Source: Pelagomonas calceolata (taxonomy: Eukaryota). Taken from it: a stretch of DNA of 44,222 bases. Under the pieces are notes generated by a model. It saw only the letters and a program-made list of their open reading frames with translations, was not told the DNA's origin and did not search any database. Below are positions 19,719 through 29,586 of the stretch, one piece after another. Every line of letters starts with the position of its first letter. The stretch's first letter is position 1. The stretch is from assembly GCA_918797485.1 (NCBI GenBank), contig CAKKNE010000004.1:5270001-5314222 (forward strand), written 5' to 3'. Position numbers and translations under genes: made by a program.

Positions 19719-21545
19719 TTAACCCCGCTCCCTCACATGCCCCGGCGGCAACGCTGTCTCATAGTCTCCGTCCTCGTACTCGATATCCACGGCGCCGTCC
19801 TCCGCGACGCGGACAACGCGGCCCGGGTACCACTCGTCCATGCCGCAAAAGCGCGCATCGACCAGCGCACCGGCGCGCCACCGCGGCGGCGAGGAGTAGG
19901 CGGGCGCCGGTGCCTCGATCTCGACGCGCGCCGGAGACTCGTCGAGCGGCGCGGCTTGATCGGGCGCTCCGCCGGTCGCCGGCACGGGCGGCGACGGCGC
20001 GGCGTCCTCGTCCGACGACTCACCGGGCTCCGTATAGTCGTCGCCGGGCTCCGTATAATCGTCGAGCGTGTCCAGCACCGGCGTGTCGGGCCGCCTCGGA
20101 ATGTCCAACGGCGGCGCGGGACGGGGCTTCTGGCGCCGCACCGGCGGCGCAGGAGCAGCAACGCGCGGCGGCCCGAAGCTGCAGGACGGCGGCGCCTTGA
20201 CGGTCAGCGCCTCGGCGCGCCGCGCACCGACCACTAGCCGTCCGCCCTCTTCGCGCGCGAGCGCCGTGGTGTTGCCCGCCTGCTCCTTCGCCCGAAGCTC
20301 GTCCGCGCGCCGCAGCCGCAGCTCGTCCTGGATCTCGCGCCGCGCCCTGACGAGCGCCGACGTGTGCGAGCGCGTGCGGTAGCCGGCCGGTCGTAATTCG
20401 TAGTTCGCGAGAATCCAGTCGTCGAGGCGCCGCGGCTGCGCCGTCACGTTCTTCGGCGGAGGCCCGCGCCTCGGCCGCGGCGCGAGCATGGCCGGAACCC
20501 CCTGCAGGCGCCGCGTCTCGGCGCGCCACGCGAGCAGCCCCTCGTACGTGAGAAGTTGGGGCCACACGCGCCGCAGCACAGAGACCCGCGCGAGCCTGAG
20601 ACAAAGCCGCGCCGCCGATTTCGTCGAGTGCCGCGACGCGTGGAGCCGGTCGAAAAGTGCCGCTGGTGCCGACGCCGTCGCGGCGGCGTCCTCCGTCGCG
20701 TCGACGTCACGGCGCTCGCGCGGTACGCGATCGTCGCGCACTCGCAGCGCCAGATCCCCGAGGCATTTTGCGTAGACGACCGCCGAAACAGCAGCCGAAA
20801 AAGCGGCGGCGCGCGCGACGCGGACGTCGCGGATGCCGGCCTCGGCGGCGACGTACTTGTACGTGTCGCAGTCCCGAATCCCGACGGCCGGCGGCGGCGC
20901 CGCGGGATCGCCGGAGAACCGAGACGCGGTCCCGAACGTCGCGGAGCCCGCCGAGCGAGCGTTGCGGTGCCCCGCCTTCCGCTCGCGGAGCCGCAGGGGC
21001 CGCGCCACCGCCGCCGTCACGAGTTCGGCCGGCTTTTCGTGAGCCTTCCGTCGCGCCACGGATTTGCGCCACTTCCGCTCCGACGCGTCCGCGTAGAGCC
21101 GCTGCTCGACGGCGCGCGTCGGCGGCGGCGGCGGCTTGGGGGGCGGCGCGGGCGGCGCCTTCAACGCCGCTGCGTAGGCGCGGTCCGCCGCCGCGTCGGC
21201 GCGCTTGCGCTCGCGCCGCGCGACGTCGCGGGCCGACGACCAGCCGGCCGGCGGTCCGTTGCGTTTCGATCGCGGCTTCGGCGGGGCGCCGGCGCCGCAG
21301 ACGCCCGCGCGTGGCCAGCCGTTGTCGACTTGCAGCGGCGTCCGCTTCCGCGAGAGCGTGTCGACCTGGCACTCGTCGCAGACGTTCTGCCCGGCGTAGC
21401 GCGTCGGCGCCTTGCTGCCGCAGCTGATGCACGTCGTCGTGCCGCGGACCAGAATGCCTCCAGCGCGGCTGGTTCGTGCCGTACTCAGTGTTGGACCTTT
21501 GTCCCGGAGCTTCGCGCCGGCGCTCGGCTTGATGGTTGCTGCCAT
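19719..21545 (-). CDS. Low-complexity protein with a C-terminal Tudor-like domain
   Basis: C-terminus WRAGALVDARFCGMDEWYPGRVVRVAEDGAVDIEYEDGDYE. CxxC..CxxC near the N-terminus. Confidence 0.7.
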   Translation of the reverse strand: MAATIKPSAGAKLRDKGPTLSTARTSRAGGILVRGTTTCISCGSKAPTRYAGQNVCDECQVDTLSRKRTPLQVDNGWPRAGVCGAGAPPKPRSKRNGPPAGWSSARDVARRERKRADAAADRAYAAALKAPPAPPPKPPPPPTRAVEQRLYADASERKWRKSVARRKAHEKPAELVTAAVARPLRLRERKAGHRNARSAGSATFGTASRFSGDPAAPPPAVGIRDCDTYKYVAAEAGIRDVRVARAAAFSAAVSAVVYAKCLGDLALRVRDDRVPRERRDVDATEDAAATASAPAALFDRLHASRHSTKSAARLCLRLARVSVLRRVWPQLLTYEGLLAWRAETRRLQGVPAMLAPRPRRGPPPKNVTAQPRRLDDWILANYELRPAGYRTRSHTSALVRARREIQDELRLRRADELRAKEQAGNTTALAREEGGRLVVGARRAEALTVKAPPSCSFGPPRVAAPAPPVRRQKPRPAPPLDIPRRPDTPVLDTLDDYTEPGDDYTEPGESSDEDAAPSPPVPATGGAPDQAAPLDESPARVEIEAPAPAYSSPPRWRAGALVDARFCGMDEWYPGRVVRVAEDGAVDIEYEDGDYETALPPGHVRERG

Positions 21546-21970
21546 GATAGCAGTCTTCTGTTTATTGTGCCTTGCCTAGCATCAAGCGGGCAGCCCTCCG
21601 CGTAGGCCGGCAACGATTATGAGTCGCAAATTGCGGGTTGCGGGTTGCGCCAGCGCAATTGTAGAAGGTAACCATCCCAGTTTTGCTTGAAGAGTACGTG
21701 GCGCGCGGCACATCGGTGAGAAAACGCAGAGGAGCCCCGTCCGCAGACTGGGCTCTAGCTTAACGCCAGCCCCTCCGTATAACATCGCCTTGAGCATAGC
21801 GCGCGGCCCGGCAACGCAAGCCTGCGACGAGGGTAATAAGCGAAGCTGCAGCTCCGCCACAGCGACTCTTAAACGGTCGCGGCTCGACGTCGATATCGGG
21901 GCAGCCACAGCCAAAAGCAGCCCAGTCCATTGCGAGGCCGGGAGACTCTAGACAGCGTAAAAAAAGCAAG

Positions 21971-23194
21971 ATGGCCCTGCCCGGCATGGCCGACGACCGC
22001 TTCCAGACCATGAGCCTGCAGAGCGCGGGCGCCTGCACGATCGCGAACAAGGAGCGCCCGGCGTGCGCCCACGAGTCGAATTACGTCGGAGACATCGACG
22101 GCGCGGCGCCCGAGCTCAAGTACATGCGCTACACGGCGCGGCGGCCGGACCTCTACGTCACCAAGGACATCGAGAAGAGCAGCCCGATGAAGCTGCACGC
22201 GCGCGGCCCGCAGCCGAACCCGAACGAGTGGCACAACAACCCGATCGAGGGCTCGAAGCCGCGCGAGACGCGCTTCAAGTCGAACCGCCACACCGACCCG
22301 CTCGCGCCGGAGTACGTCCTACCGCGGTGCAAGCTCGAGAAGCCGCCGACGCCCAAATTTATCAGAGACGGCTACACCGTCACGGACATCGACGGCACGG
22401 TCCCCAAGCCCCTCTACCCGCTCGCCATGCGCGACACCTACAACGTCCACGACATCGAGGGCGCCCAGGCGTCGTGGCGCCCGAGACACGAGCGCGCGCG
22501 CCGCGAGGCGCCGCCGCGCGACGGCCTCGACGTCCGCGACATCATGGACGAGGGCTTCACGACGACGCGCGTCACGGACCCCATGAACCCGCATTACTTC
22601 ATGAACGGCATGGAGACGTGCGACGACCCGATCCGGACCAAGCCGCGCGCGCTGCCCAAGGCCATCCCCGGGCCCTACCGCTCGCTCTACACGGACGACA
22701 TCCTGGGCGCCAAGAGCGGCTGGCGGCCGCCGCACGAGATGCAGCCGCCGCCCGAGAAGCGGCGCCACTGGCGGCACACGAACTTCGTCGGCGACATCGG
22801 CGGCGCCCAGGCGGACACGGTGCAGCACACCATCCCGACGAAGCGGCGGACGAACCCGCTGAACCCGGCCTACCGATCGCTCGACGGAGACATCCTCCCG
22901 GACCCGACGAAGCCGGACTTTAGCCACATCTACGACCACTTCCTCGGCCCCTCCCAGGGCTCGGCGCCGCCGTCGGCGCGCGGCGGCAGCGCGCCGCGGC
23001 AAGCGCCCGCGCCCGCCGTCAACCGCCTCGTCCTCAAATCGTCGGACGGCCGGCCGCGCGCGACGCCGCGGTCGGGCCGCTCGGGCCCGGGCTCGGCGCG
23101 GTCCACGGGGAGGAGAGTGCTGGCCACGCCCCACGACCGGCGCGAAGCGCAGCAGGACGCCGCGGACCGGGCGGCGGTGGCGGCGCTGCACTGA
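21971..23194 (+). CDS. Uncharacterised repeat protein (DIxG[AT] and T[DN]PLxPxY repeats), possibly ciliary
   Basis: Strong coding codon bias. Recurrent DIDGA/DIEGA/DIDGT/DILGA/DIGGA and TDPLAPEY/TDPMNPHY/TNPLNPAY motifs. Confidence 0.7.
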   Translation: MALPGMADDRFQTMSLQSAGACTIANKERPACAHESNYVGDIDGAAPELKYMRYTARRPDLYVTKDIEKSSPMKLHARGPQPNPNEWHNNPIEGSKPRETRFKSNRHTDPLAPEYVLPRCKLEKPPTPKFIRDGYTVTDIDGTVPKPLYPLAMRDTYNVHDIEGAQASWRPRHERARREAPPRDGLDVRDIMDEGFTTTRVTDPMNPHYFMNGMETCDDPIRTKPRALPKAIPGPYRSLYTDDILGAKSGWRPPHEMQPPPEKRRHWRHTNFVGDIGGAQADTVQHTIPTKRRTNPLNPAYRSLDGDILPDPTKPDFSHIYDHFLGPSQGSAPPSARGGSAPRQAPAPAVNRLVLKSSDGRPRATPRSGRSGPGSARSTGRRVLATPHDRREAQQDAADRAAVAALH

Positions 23195-23231
23195 GCGCGG
23201 CGTCCTCGTTTTCCTCCGGGTAAATCTTTAA

Positions 23232-23309
23232 ATGGAAGACAGGTCTGTTTCGCCCCATACCCAACGGTCAGCGGCATGGAAGACCGGTCTGCTTAGCCCC
23301 CATACCCAA
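23232..23309. repeat. Short intergenic direct repeat, 2 x ~33 bp
   Basis: ATGGAAGACAGGTCTGTTTCGCCCCATACCCAA (23232) and ATGGAAGACCGGTCTGCTTAGCCCCCATACCCAA (23276). Confidence 0.85.
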
Positions 23310-23311
23310 TC

Positions 23312-25129
23312 CTAGCGCGACTTGACCTCCCCAAGCTTCGTCGTCGACGGCGCGCGCGCCGACGTGACGCCCTCGACCCGCGTCTTCGAGGCCGTCCCCG
23401 AGATCTGCGTGTAGGGCCCCCAGCTCGAGAAGACCGTGGGCTGGTCCGTCTCGTGCGCCGGGAAGATCTCGTCCACGAGCCGCGCGGCCGCCTCGACGCG
23501 GCGCTTCTCCTTCATGCGCACGATCTTGTTCCGGACGATTTTCCGCCAGTAGCTGCCGTCCTCGTTCGGCTGGACGACGGTCACCGAGCCCGTGGCGTCG
23601 TCGATCAAGCAGACGGCCTGCTCCTCGGCCTCAGTCTCGCAGTCGGCCACCTCGCGGCCGCCGTCGGCGCCCTCGACCTGGCACGACTCCTCGCCGCTCG
23701 GCACGACGACGATGCGCCGCCCCGCCAGCTCGTCCTGGCCGACGACCAGGCCCAGCGGCGCGAGCGTCGACGGGTCGTACTCGATCAGGCGCCCGTCGTA
23801 GACGCCGAGCACGCGGCCGCAGCTGAGCTTCCACCAGGCGATCGTCTGGCCGTCGACGCACGTGCTCTCCGTCGCGTCGAGGTAGCCGTCGTTGTCGTAG
23901 TCGACGAAGCACTCGTCGCCCTCCGTCGGCGAGTAGACGCGCAAAAAGTCGCCGCCCATCTCGTCGACCTCGTCGTGGCCGTGCGCGTAGACGCCGACCT
24001 CGTGGTTCTCGTCCGTGTAGCTAATGGTCGCGTCGAGCCGCACGATGCCGCCGCGCTTGTGGTCGATCGTGCAGATCTCGAAGCCCTTCTCGTCGCCGCG
24101 GATCAGCCGCGACTGCTGCCGGCCGTCGCGCGACGCGCCGCCGCGCATGACCGCCGTCTGCGCGAAGACGCACGAGCCGCGGTTCGGGTAGGGGCCCTCG
24201 CTCGGGTCGACGGACGGGAACGTGATGCTGTCCTGGTAGTCCTGGCCGAGGTGGAAGTGGCCGCTGAACCAGGCCTTGATGCAGCGGTGCTTCCGCACCA
24301 ACTCGATGAACTTGCGCGTCGTCGCGCCGCCGCTGTGGTTCAGCCAGCAGCAGCCGTTGACGACGTGGTTGTTCTGCAGCACGCGCAGCCCGGACCCGAT
24401 CGGCGGCGCGTGCGTGAAGACGAAGATCTTCCAGCCCTCGCTCGAGGGGTGCGTCTCCACGAGGTTCTCGAACCAGGCGATCTGCGCGTCGTCGATGATC
24501 ACCTCGTGCGACGTGTACTTGGCCTCGCGGAAGACCGTCGACCCGAGGCCGACGAGCAGCGTCTTCTCGGCGATCTGGCGCGAGAACTGCGCGCTGGGCT
24601 TGCCGTGGATGCGGCAGAAGGCCTCGAGGTTCTCCTCGTCCGTGGCGAACTCGTCGATGCCCTCGAGGTCGTGGTTGCCGCCGATGACCTCGTAGTCCGT
24701 GCCGAAGCTGCCGAGGAACTCGGCCGCGAGCTCGTGGCAGGCCGTCGTGCCCGCGAAGAGCTCCGCCGTGTTCTCCGGGTCGACGGACTTGGACTCGCCG
24801 AGGTCGCCGAGGCTCACGACCGCCGTCTCGACGCCGCGCCCCTGCGCGTCCTCCAAAATCTTGACGACGTGCTCCCGGCCGCTCACGTAGTCGTCCATCT
24901 TGCGCGGGTCCATGTGCAAATCCCCGAGGACCGCGACGCAGAACTGGTTGCCGTCGGGCACCGCGCACTCGTCGTCCTCGACGCACAGCTCGTCGGCGTA
25001 AAACGTCGGCGACTCGATGATCTCGTCATTTATGGCGCGCAGCGGCGTCGCCGCCTTTGGCCGTAACGTCGGCGCGGAAAAGCCCGTCGCGGCCGCCGCT
25101 AGAGCAATAAGGAGGGCTGGTCGCTGCAT
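23312..25129 (-). CDS. Calcineurin-like metallophosphoesterase, probably plastid-targeted
   Basis: All five motifs present: GDLH, LGDLG, GGNHD, FTH, SGHFH. Presequence MQRPALLIALAAAATGFSAP. Confidence 0.88.
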   Translation of the reverse strand: MQRPALLIALAAAATGFSAPTLRPKAATPLRAINDEIIESPTFYADELCVEDDECAVPDGNQFCVAVLGDLHMDPRKMDDYVSGREHVVKILEDAQGRGVETAVVSLGDLGESKSVDPENTAELFAGTTACHELAAEFLGSFGTDYEVIGGNHDLEGIDEFATDEENLEAFCRIHGKPSAQFSRQIAEKTLLVGLGSTVFREAKYTSHEVIIDDAQIAWFENLVETHPSSEGWKIFVFTHAPPIGSGLRVLQNNHVVNGCCWLNHSGGATTRKFIELVRKHRCIKAWFSGHFHLGQDYQDSITFPSVDPSEGPYPNRGSCVFAQTAVMRGGASRDGRQQSRLIRGDEKGFEICTIDHKRGGIVRLDATISYTDENHEVGVYAHGHDEVDEMGGDFLRVYSPTEGDECFVDYDNDGYLDATESTCVDGQTIAWWKLSCGRVLGVYDGRLIEYDPSTLAPLGLVVGQDELAGRRIVVVPSGEESCQVEGADGGREVADCETEAEEQAVCLIDDATGSVTVVQPNEDGSYWRKIVRNKIVRMKEKRRVEAAARLVDEIFPAHETDQPTVFSSWGPYTQISGTASKTRVEGVTSARAPSTTKLGEVKSR

Positions 25130-25532
25130 TGCTAGAGTTGCGCACCGGCCGCGTCGCTCTTCGTGTCTCGACCGTAGCTCGAAGGTGTGCTTCCGAGCAC
25201 CTCACCTAGCCGCCTCGACCTCCGCAGCTCTTTCTCGCGCGAGCTCGACGCCAGACTGCGCCAGATTTGTCTAAGACTAAGCCAGAGATCGAGGGCGATC
25301 ACAAGTCGAAGCGCGATTCCGCGCACTCCGCACTCTTTCAAAGGGAGCACGTCCGCCGCAAAGAGGAACCCGTGACGGGTTTTTGAGCAAAATTGCGCAG
25401 CAAAAAAGCATCAATTTAGGGCTACGCGTCACGATACGGTCCACCAGTAGCCTACAGGGACTCCATATTCATCGAAGGACGCGTTGCTGCGATCGCTTTC
25501 GGACCGGGAGACCTAGCAGCTGGAACCCAAGG

Positions 25533-26255
25533 ATGTGCAAAGCGTTCTGCCGCGGGCTGTGCTCGATCCTGAGCTCATCAGCTATTCTGGTCTTAGACCT
25601 CGTCGACGTAGCCGTAGGCGCGGCGCTCCTCTTTTCTCCCCTCCTCTGGTCGTCGTACGTCACCGCCGCGCCGGCGACGATCGCCCTCCCGTCGTACGGC
25701 GCGTGCCTCGTGATCCTGAGCGCCGTCTCGCTCTTCGGCGTCGGGTTTCGGTCGAACCGAGGGCTGATTGGGGCCGGGGTGTTGGCTTCTCTGTCCTTTG
25801 TCACGGAATTCACTGGCGGCCTCATCATAGCGTCGGACCCGGACTTCGCGGCAAAGCTGGGCCTCGAGATCCCTACGGGCTGGGCGCTCCTCGTGGTCGT
25901 GGCCTCCTTGCGCCACGCGGTCCGCGGGGCCTCGAACGGCGCGCTTGGCCGCGCGCGCGACGCCTTCGACGCGTTGCGCGCGAGAAGGCGAGCCGAAGAA
26001 CAGGCGGCGCCGTCGCAGCTGAGCGAGCGGCTCCTCGAGCGTCGCGCCGACCGCGCCGCCATGCGCGCGGAGCTGACGGCCAAATACTTCTCCGAGGAGA
26101 GTCCGAAGCCCGAGCCGCGGACGTGGTGGTCCCTCCGGAAAAGCGAGCCCGAGGAGGAGGCCGCCGCCGAATTGCCGAGCTTCATTCTGCGGTCGAAGAA
26201 CTACGCGGCGCCTCGGAGCTTTGACGACGACGAGGAAAACGGTTTTGCCATCTAG
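25533..26255 (+). CDS. Multi-pass membrane protein (about 4 TM, tetraspanin-like topology)
   Basis: Four hydrophobic segments followed by a charged C-terminal tail. ATG at 25533. Confidence 0.6.
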   Translation: MCKAFCRGLCSILSSSAILVLDLVDVAVGAALLFSPLLWSSYVTAAPATIALPSYGACLVILSAVSLFGVGFRSNRGLIGAGVLASLSFVTEFTGGLIIASDPDFAAKLGLEIPTGWALLVVVASLRHAVRGASNGALGRARDAFDALRARRRAEEQAAPSQLSERLLERRADRAAMRAELTAKYFSEESPKPEPRTWWSLRKSEPEEEAAAELPSFILRSKNYAAPRSFDDDEENGFAI

Positions 26256-26348
26256 TAACATATCCCGTCGACGGGATATGTTACACGGCGCGCCGGTGCA
26301 ATCGACCTCCGGGCTGAGTGCCCGCCATCCGTCGACGGGATGCGTTAC
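26255..26348. repeat. Palindromic / MITE-like inverted-repeat element
   Basis: Perfect 30-bp palindrome GTAACATATCCCGTCGACGGGATATGTTAC (26255-26284). 26329-26348 CCGTCGACGGGATGCGTTAC is an 18/20 inverted match to 26255-26274. Confidence 0.8.
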
Positions 26349-28372
26349 AAAACCGCGCCAGTTTGTCGCGCGCGCGTGGGAAATAGCGCCAGCGTCAGGT
26401 CCGTCTGCACGGGGAAGTGGTCCGACGGCGCGTGGCGCATCACCGCCGCCAGCTCCTCGCCCGCGTCCTCGTCGATGTCCGCGTAGTCGAAGCCGTCGGT
26501 GACGAGCCGCGCGGCGTCGCACCGGACCGATTCGGACTCGCCGAAGCACATGGCGCCGTCGATGATGCGGCCCTTGTTCACGAACTGGCCGTCGTAAAAG
26601 CGCGCAAGGCCGTGGTAGCCGTGGTACGAGCCCCAGCCCCAGCCCCGGTGGTCGAAGCCCGCGTCCCGCGCCTCGGCGCGCGGGTCGTACTTGCGCGTCT
26701 TCTCGCCGCTGTTGTTCTCGTGGACCCAATACGCCTCCGGGTAATTCTCGTTGCCAGCCGCCCGCCGCGGCCAGAGCACGCGGCAGAGGCTCCGCGCGTA
26801 GTCGCTGTCGGCGCGGCTCGCCGCCGTCAGGTCGTCGTTAAAGTCGCCCGCGAGGATCGCGGCGACGCGGCCCGGCGCGCGCCCGTTGGCCCGCAGCCAC
26901 CGGCGCGCGTCCGCGCGCATGACCCGGTCCCCGTTCCGCACGTGGCACGCCGCGATCTTGACGGCCGCGGGCGGCGCCCCGGCGCGGCCGCCGCGCGCGC
27001 GCACGCGCAGCTCGGCCCACGGGAACGTGCGGCCCGCCGTCTCCCTGGTCAAATCCTCGGCACTGACGACTTTCTTGCCGGCCGCGTCGGGGTCCGGCGC
27101 GACGAACGTGCCGTCGGCGGCTTGGAAGCCATTGAGGCTGCGCTCCCGCGCCCGGTTCCGCTCGTCCGCGCACACTTGCGGGTCGCCGCTGATCACGTCG
27201 CGGCCCACGTCGACGACCTCGACGGCGCCGCGCGACACGAGCAGCGCCTCGCACCGCTCCCTCTTCGTCTCGTCGAGCCAGTCGAGGGCGGCCCACTCGA
27301 GCTCGTCGTCCAGCTTCTGGCTCAGCAGCCGGTGCGTCCTCAAGCCCCCCGCGCCGGGCCTGCGTCGTGCGCGAAAAGTGTGAGTACTCGGTGGTTCGGA
27401 CGACACCAGGACACCGCGTCCGCGCGGCCCGAGGTCGAACTCCTGGAACGCGACGACGAGGCCGGCGCCGCGCGCCTTCGCGCGCGCCCACGCGGCGTTC
27501 ACCGTCGCCGCGACGGCGAGCACGTCGCGCTGGAAGCTCCGGAACCGCTGCTCCGACCCGAGGTTCCAGCTCAGGAGCGTCAGGCGCGCCTTTGTGGGCG
27601 TCCCGTGCGGCCGGTTCGCCGCCGGCGCCGGGCGGATCGCCAGCTTGGAGCCGTCCTGGCTGTACGTGCCCTCCTCCGCGTCGATGACGTGCGTCCGCAG
27701 CGGCGTCGCGACGCTCTGCTTCTGCCGCTTCGGCGACCGCGACCTCGCGCGCGCGGCGGGCGGCGAGCGGTCGCGGCGGCGCGCCGGCGGCTCGGCGGGC
27801 GGCGAGCGGTCGCGCGCGGGCGGCGGCGACCGCGACCGCGACGACGCGTCGTCGTAGCGGAGGCGCCGCGCGCGCGGCGAGGGCGGCGAGGCGCGCCGCG
27901 GCGCCGGCGCCGGCGGCGCGAAGGCGCCCTCGGACGCGGCGTCCCGCGACGACGGCGTCGGGTCGGCGGCCGGCGAGTCGTCGCCGGTCAGGTCCACGAG
28001 CGCGGGCGGCGCCGGCGCCGCAGCAGACACCTGGCGGATGAAGAACGCCACGTCGTCGTCGAACTTGCCTGGCCTCAGCAGCGAGAACTGGTCGCCGTCG
28101 TGCAGTGGACCAAACTCTGGTTCAACGCCGGTCGCCGGATCCATCGCGATGCGCCCCCTCTCGCCGTGCTTGTAGACGCCGTTCGGCGAGAGCACGCGCA
28201 ACATGATGCCGTCGCGCGCCTCGTGCAGCTGCGCGTGGCGTCTCGAGACCTCCTGCTCGTGCCTGACGACGTCGTTCTCCTCAGGCGGCTCCCGGCCAAT
28301 CGTGAGCCACGCCCCTCGCGGCGGGATGACGCGCGCTGCGTTTGTGGCGCGGTCGACGAGTTCATATGGCAT
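26345..28372 (-). CDS. FHA domain + exonuclease/endonuclease/phosphatase (EEP) domain protein
   Basis: FHA motifs TIGR, VSRRHAQL, SPNGVY. EEP motifs LLSWNL, AFQEF, ILAGDFND, RIID, PSDHFPV. Confidence 0.85.
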   Translation of the reverse strand: MPYELVDRATNAARVIPPRGAWLTIGREPPEENDVVRHEQEVSRRHAQLHEARDGIMLRVLSPNGVYKHGERGRIAMDPATGVEPEFGPLHDGDQFSLLRPGKFDDDVAFFIRQVSAAAPAPPALVDLTGDDSPAADPTPSSRDAASEGAFAPPAPAPRRASPPSPRARRLRYDDASSRSRSPPPARDRSPPAEPPARRRDRSPPAARARSRSPKRQKQSVATPLRTHVIDAEEGTYSQDGSKLAIRPAPAANRPHGTPTKARLTLLSWNLGSEQRFRSFQRDVLAVAATVNAAWARAKARGAGLVVAFQEFDLGPRGRGVLVSSEPPSTHTFRARRRPGAGGLRTHRLLSQKLDDELEWAALDWLDETKRERCEALLVSRGAVEVVDVGRDVISGDPQVCADERNRARERSLNGFQAADGTFVAPDPDAAGKKVVSAEDLTRETAGRTFPWAELRVRARGGRAGAPPAAVKIAACHVRNGDRVMRADARRWLRANGRAPGRVAAILAGDFNDDLTAASRADSDYARSLCRVLWPRRAAGNENYPEAYWVHENNSGEKTRKYDPRAEARDAGFDHRGWGWGSYHGYHGLARFYDGQFVNKGRIIDGAMCFGESESVRCDAARLVTDGFDYADIDEDAGEELAAVMRHAPSDHFPVQTDLTLALFPTRARQTGAVL

Positions 28373-28801
28373 ATTTTTATGCTGCGCGCGTCCGCGCACG
28401 GCTGGACTCAAATGTGCGAGTGCTGGCGTTGCTAGAGCTCACCGCGAGCGGAGCGCCAGCACACGCAGGCTCGGCAGCGTTCAAATGCGTACTGTGGCTA
28501 GCATACACGCCAGTCAAAGTGTCTGTGCGTTAAGCGCGCGGGCAGAGGGATCGGTCCTCCTTAATCCCGCTTGAGCTAGCGGACTTTAAGTCACTAGAAG
28601 CAAAGCAAGCTCCTAAAAACGTCATTGGGTGCGGTGATTCGCAGCGTGGATCGTTTACAGAGTCGGCATTCGTCACCGCACTGCATCAAATCTGCACGCG
28701 CGCCGACCGCGGAACGGTTGAGAAGCCTCGAAGCAAGGGAGAGCAATCCGCAACGAGTGGGCAAAGAGGGTTTTGATGGTCATTTGTCGTCGCAGGCATA
28801 T

Positions 28802-29524
28802 ATGCAGCGCTCCCTCGCCCTCACGGCTGTGGTGTGTGCGCGAACAGCCCGCGCGCTCCTGCAGCGCCCGGCGCCGCTCCGACATAGTGTGAAGATGGCA
28901 TCGACGACGACGCTCTACGACCCGACGCCGTTCTACGCGGCGGCCCAGCCGCCGGAGACGAAGGACTTTTGCATGCAGCAGACGATGGTTCGGGTGAAGG
29001 ACCCCGCGACGTCGCTCAAGTTTTACATCGAGACGCTCGGCTTCCAGCTGGTCATGTTCCGCGACTTCCCGCAGTGGGGCTTCTCGGTCTACTTCGTGGC
29101 GCACGGCCTGACGGGGCCGGTCCCCGCGGACGAGGACGCGCGCTGGGATTTCTGCATGCGGACGCCGGGCTGCATCGAACTGACCTGGAACCACGGCTCG
29201 GAGAAGAGCGACGGCGCGGTCTACAACACGGGCAACGCCGACGCGACGGGCACGAAGGACGGCGAGGCCGTGAAGGGCGGGTTCGGCCACTTGGGCATCA
29301 CGGTGCCGGACGTCTACGAGGCCTGCGAGCGGTTCAAGAAGCTAGGCTGCACGTTCACGAAGACGCCGAACAGCGGAGGCATGAAAGGCCTTGCGTTCGT
29401 GAAGGACCCGGACGGCTACTTGATCGAGGTCCTGCCGCAGGGGCCCATGATCACGAAGCCCCTGGACTGCGACGGCGTCGCGGCCGAGGGCGGCGACGGG
29501 TACAAGGACAACTCCAAGGCGTGA
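28802..29524 (+). CDS. GLO1: Lactoylglutathione lyase (glyoxalase I) with an N-terminal targeting extension
   Basis: MQQTMVRVKDP..SLKFY, IELTWNHGSE, GFGHLGITVPDVYEACERF, AFVKDPDGYLIEV. Confidence 0.95.
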   Translation: MQRSLALTAVVCARTARALLQRPAPLRHSVKMASTTTLYDPTPFYAAAQPPETKDFCMQQTMVRVKDPATSLKFYIETLGFQLVMFRDFPQWGFSVYFVAHGLTGPVPADEDARWDFCMRTPGCIELTWNHGSEKSDGAVYNTGNADATGTKDGEAVKGGFGHLGITVPDVYEACERFKKLGCTFTKTPNSGGMKGLAFVKDPDGYLIEVLPQGPMITKPLDCDGVAAEGGDGYKDNSKA

Positions 29525-29586
29525 GCGGACTAAGACTTCTTGGAAATTCCACGCGCGGGCGCCGGGACGACGTCAACATAATAAAT

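Noticed and set aside
27360..27430. Possible in-frame intron within the EEP domain (ends ...GACGCAG)
   Set aside because: The frame is open with or without it, and only a GC donor fits the phase. It cannot be decided without transcripts.
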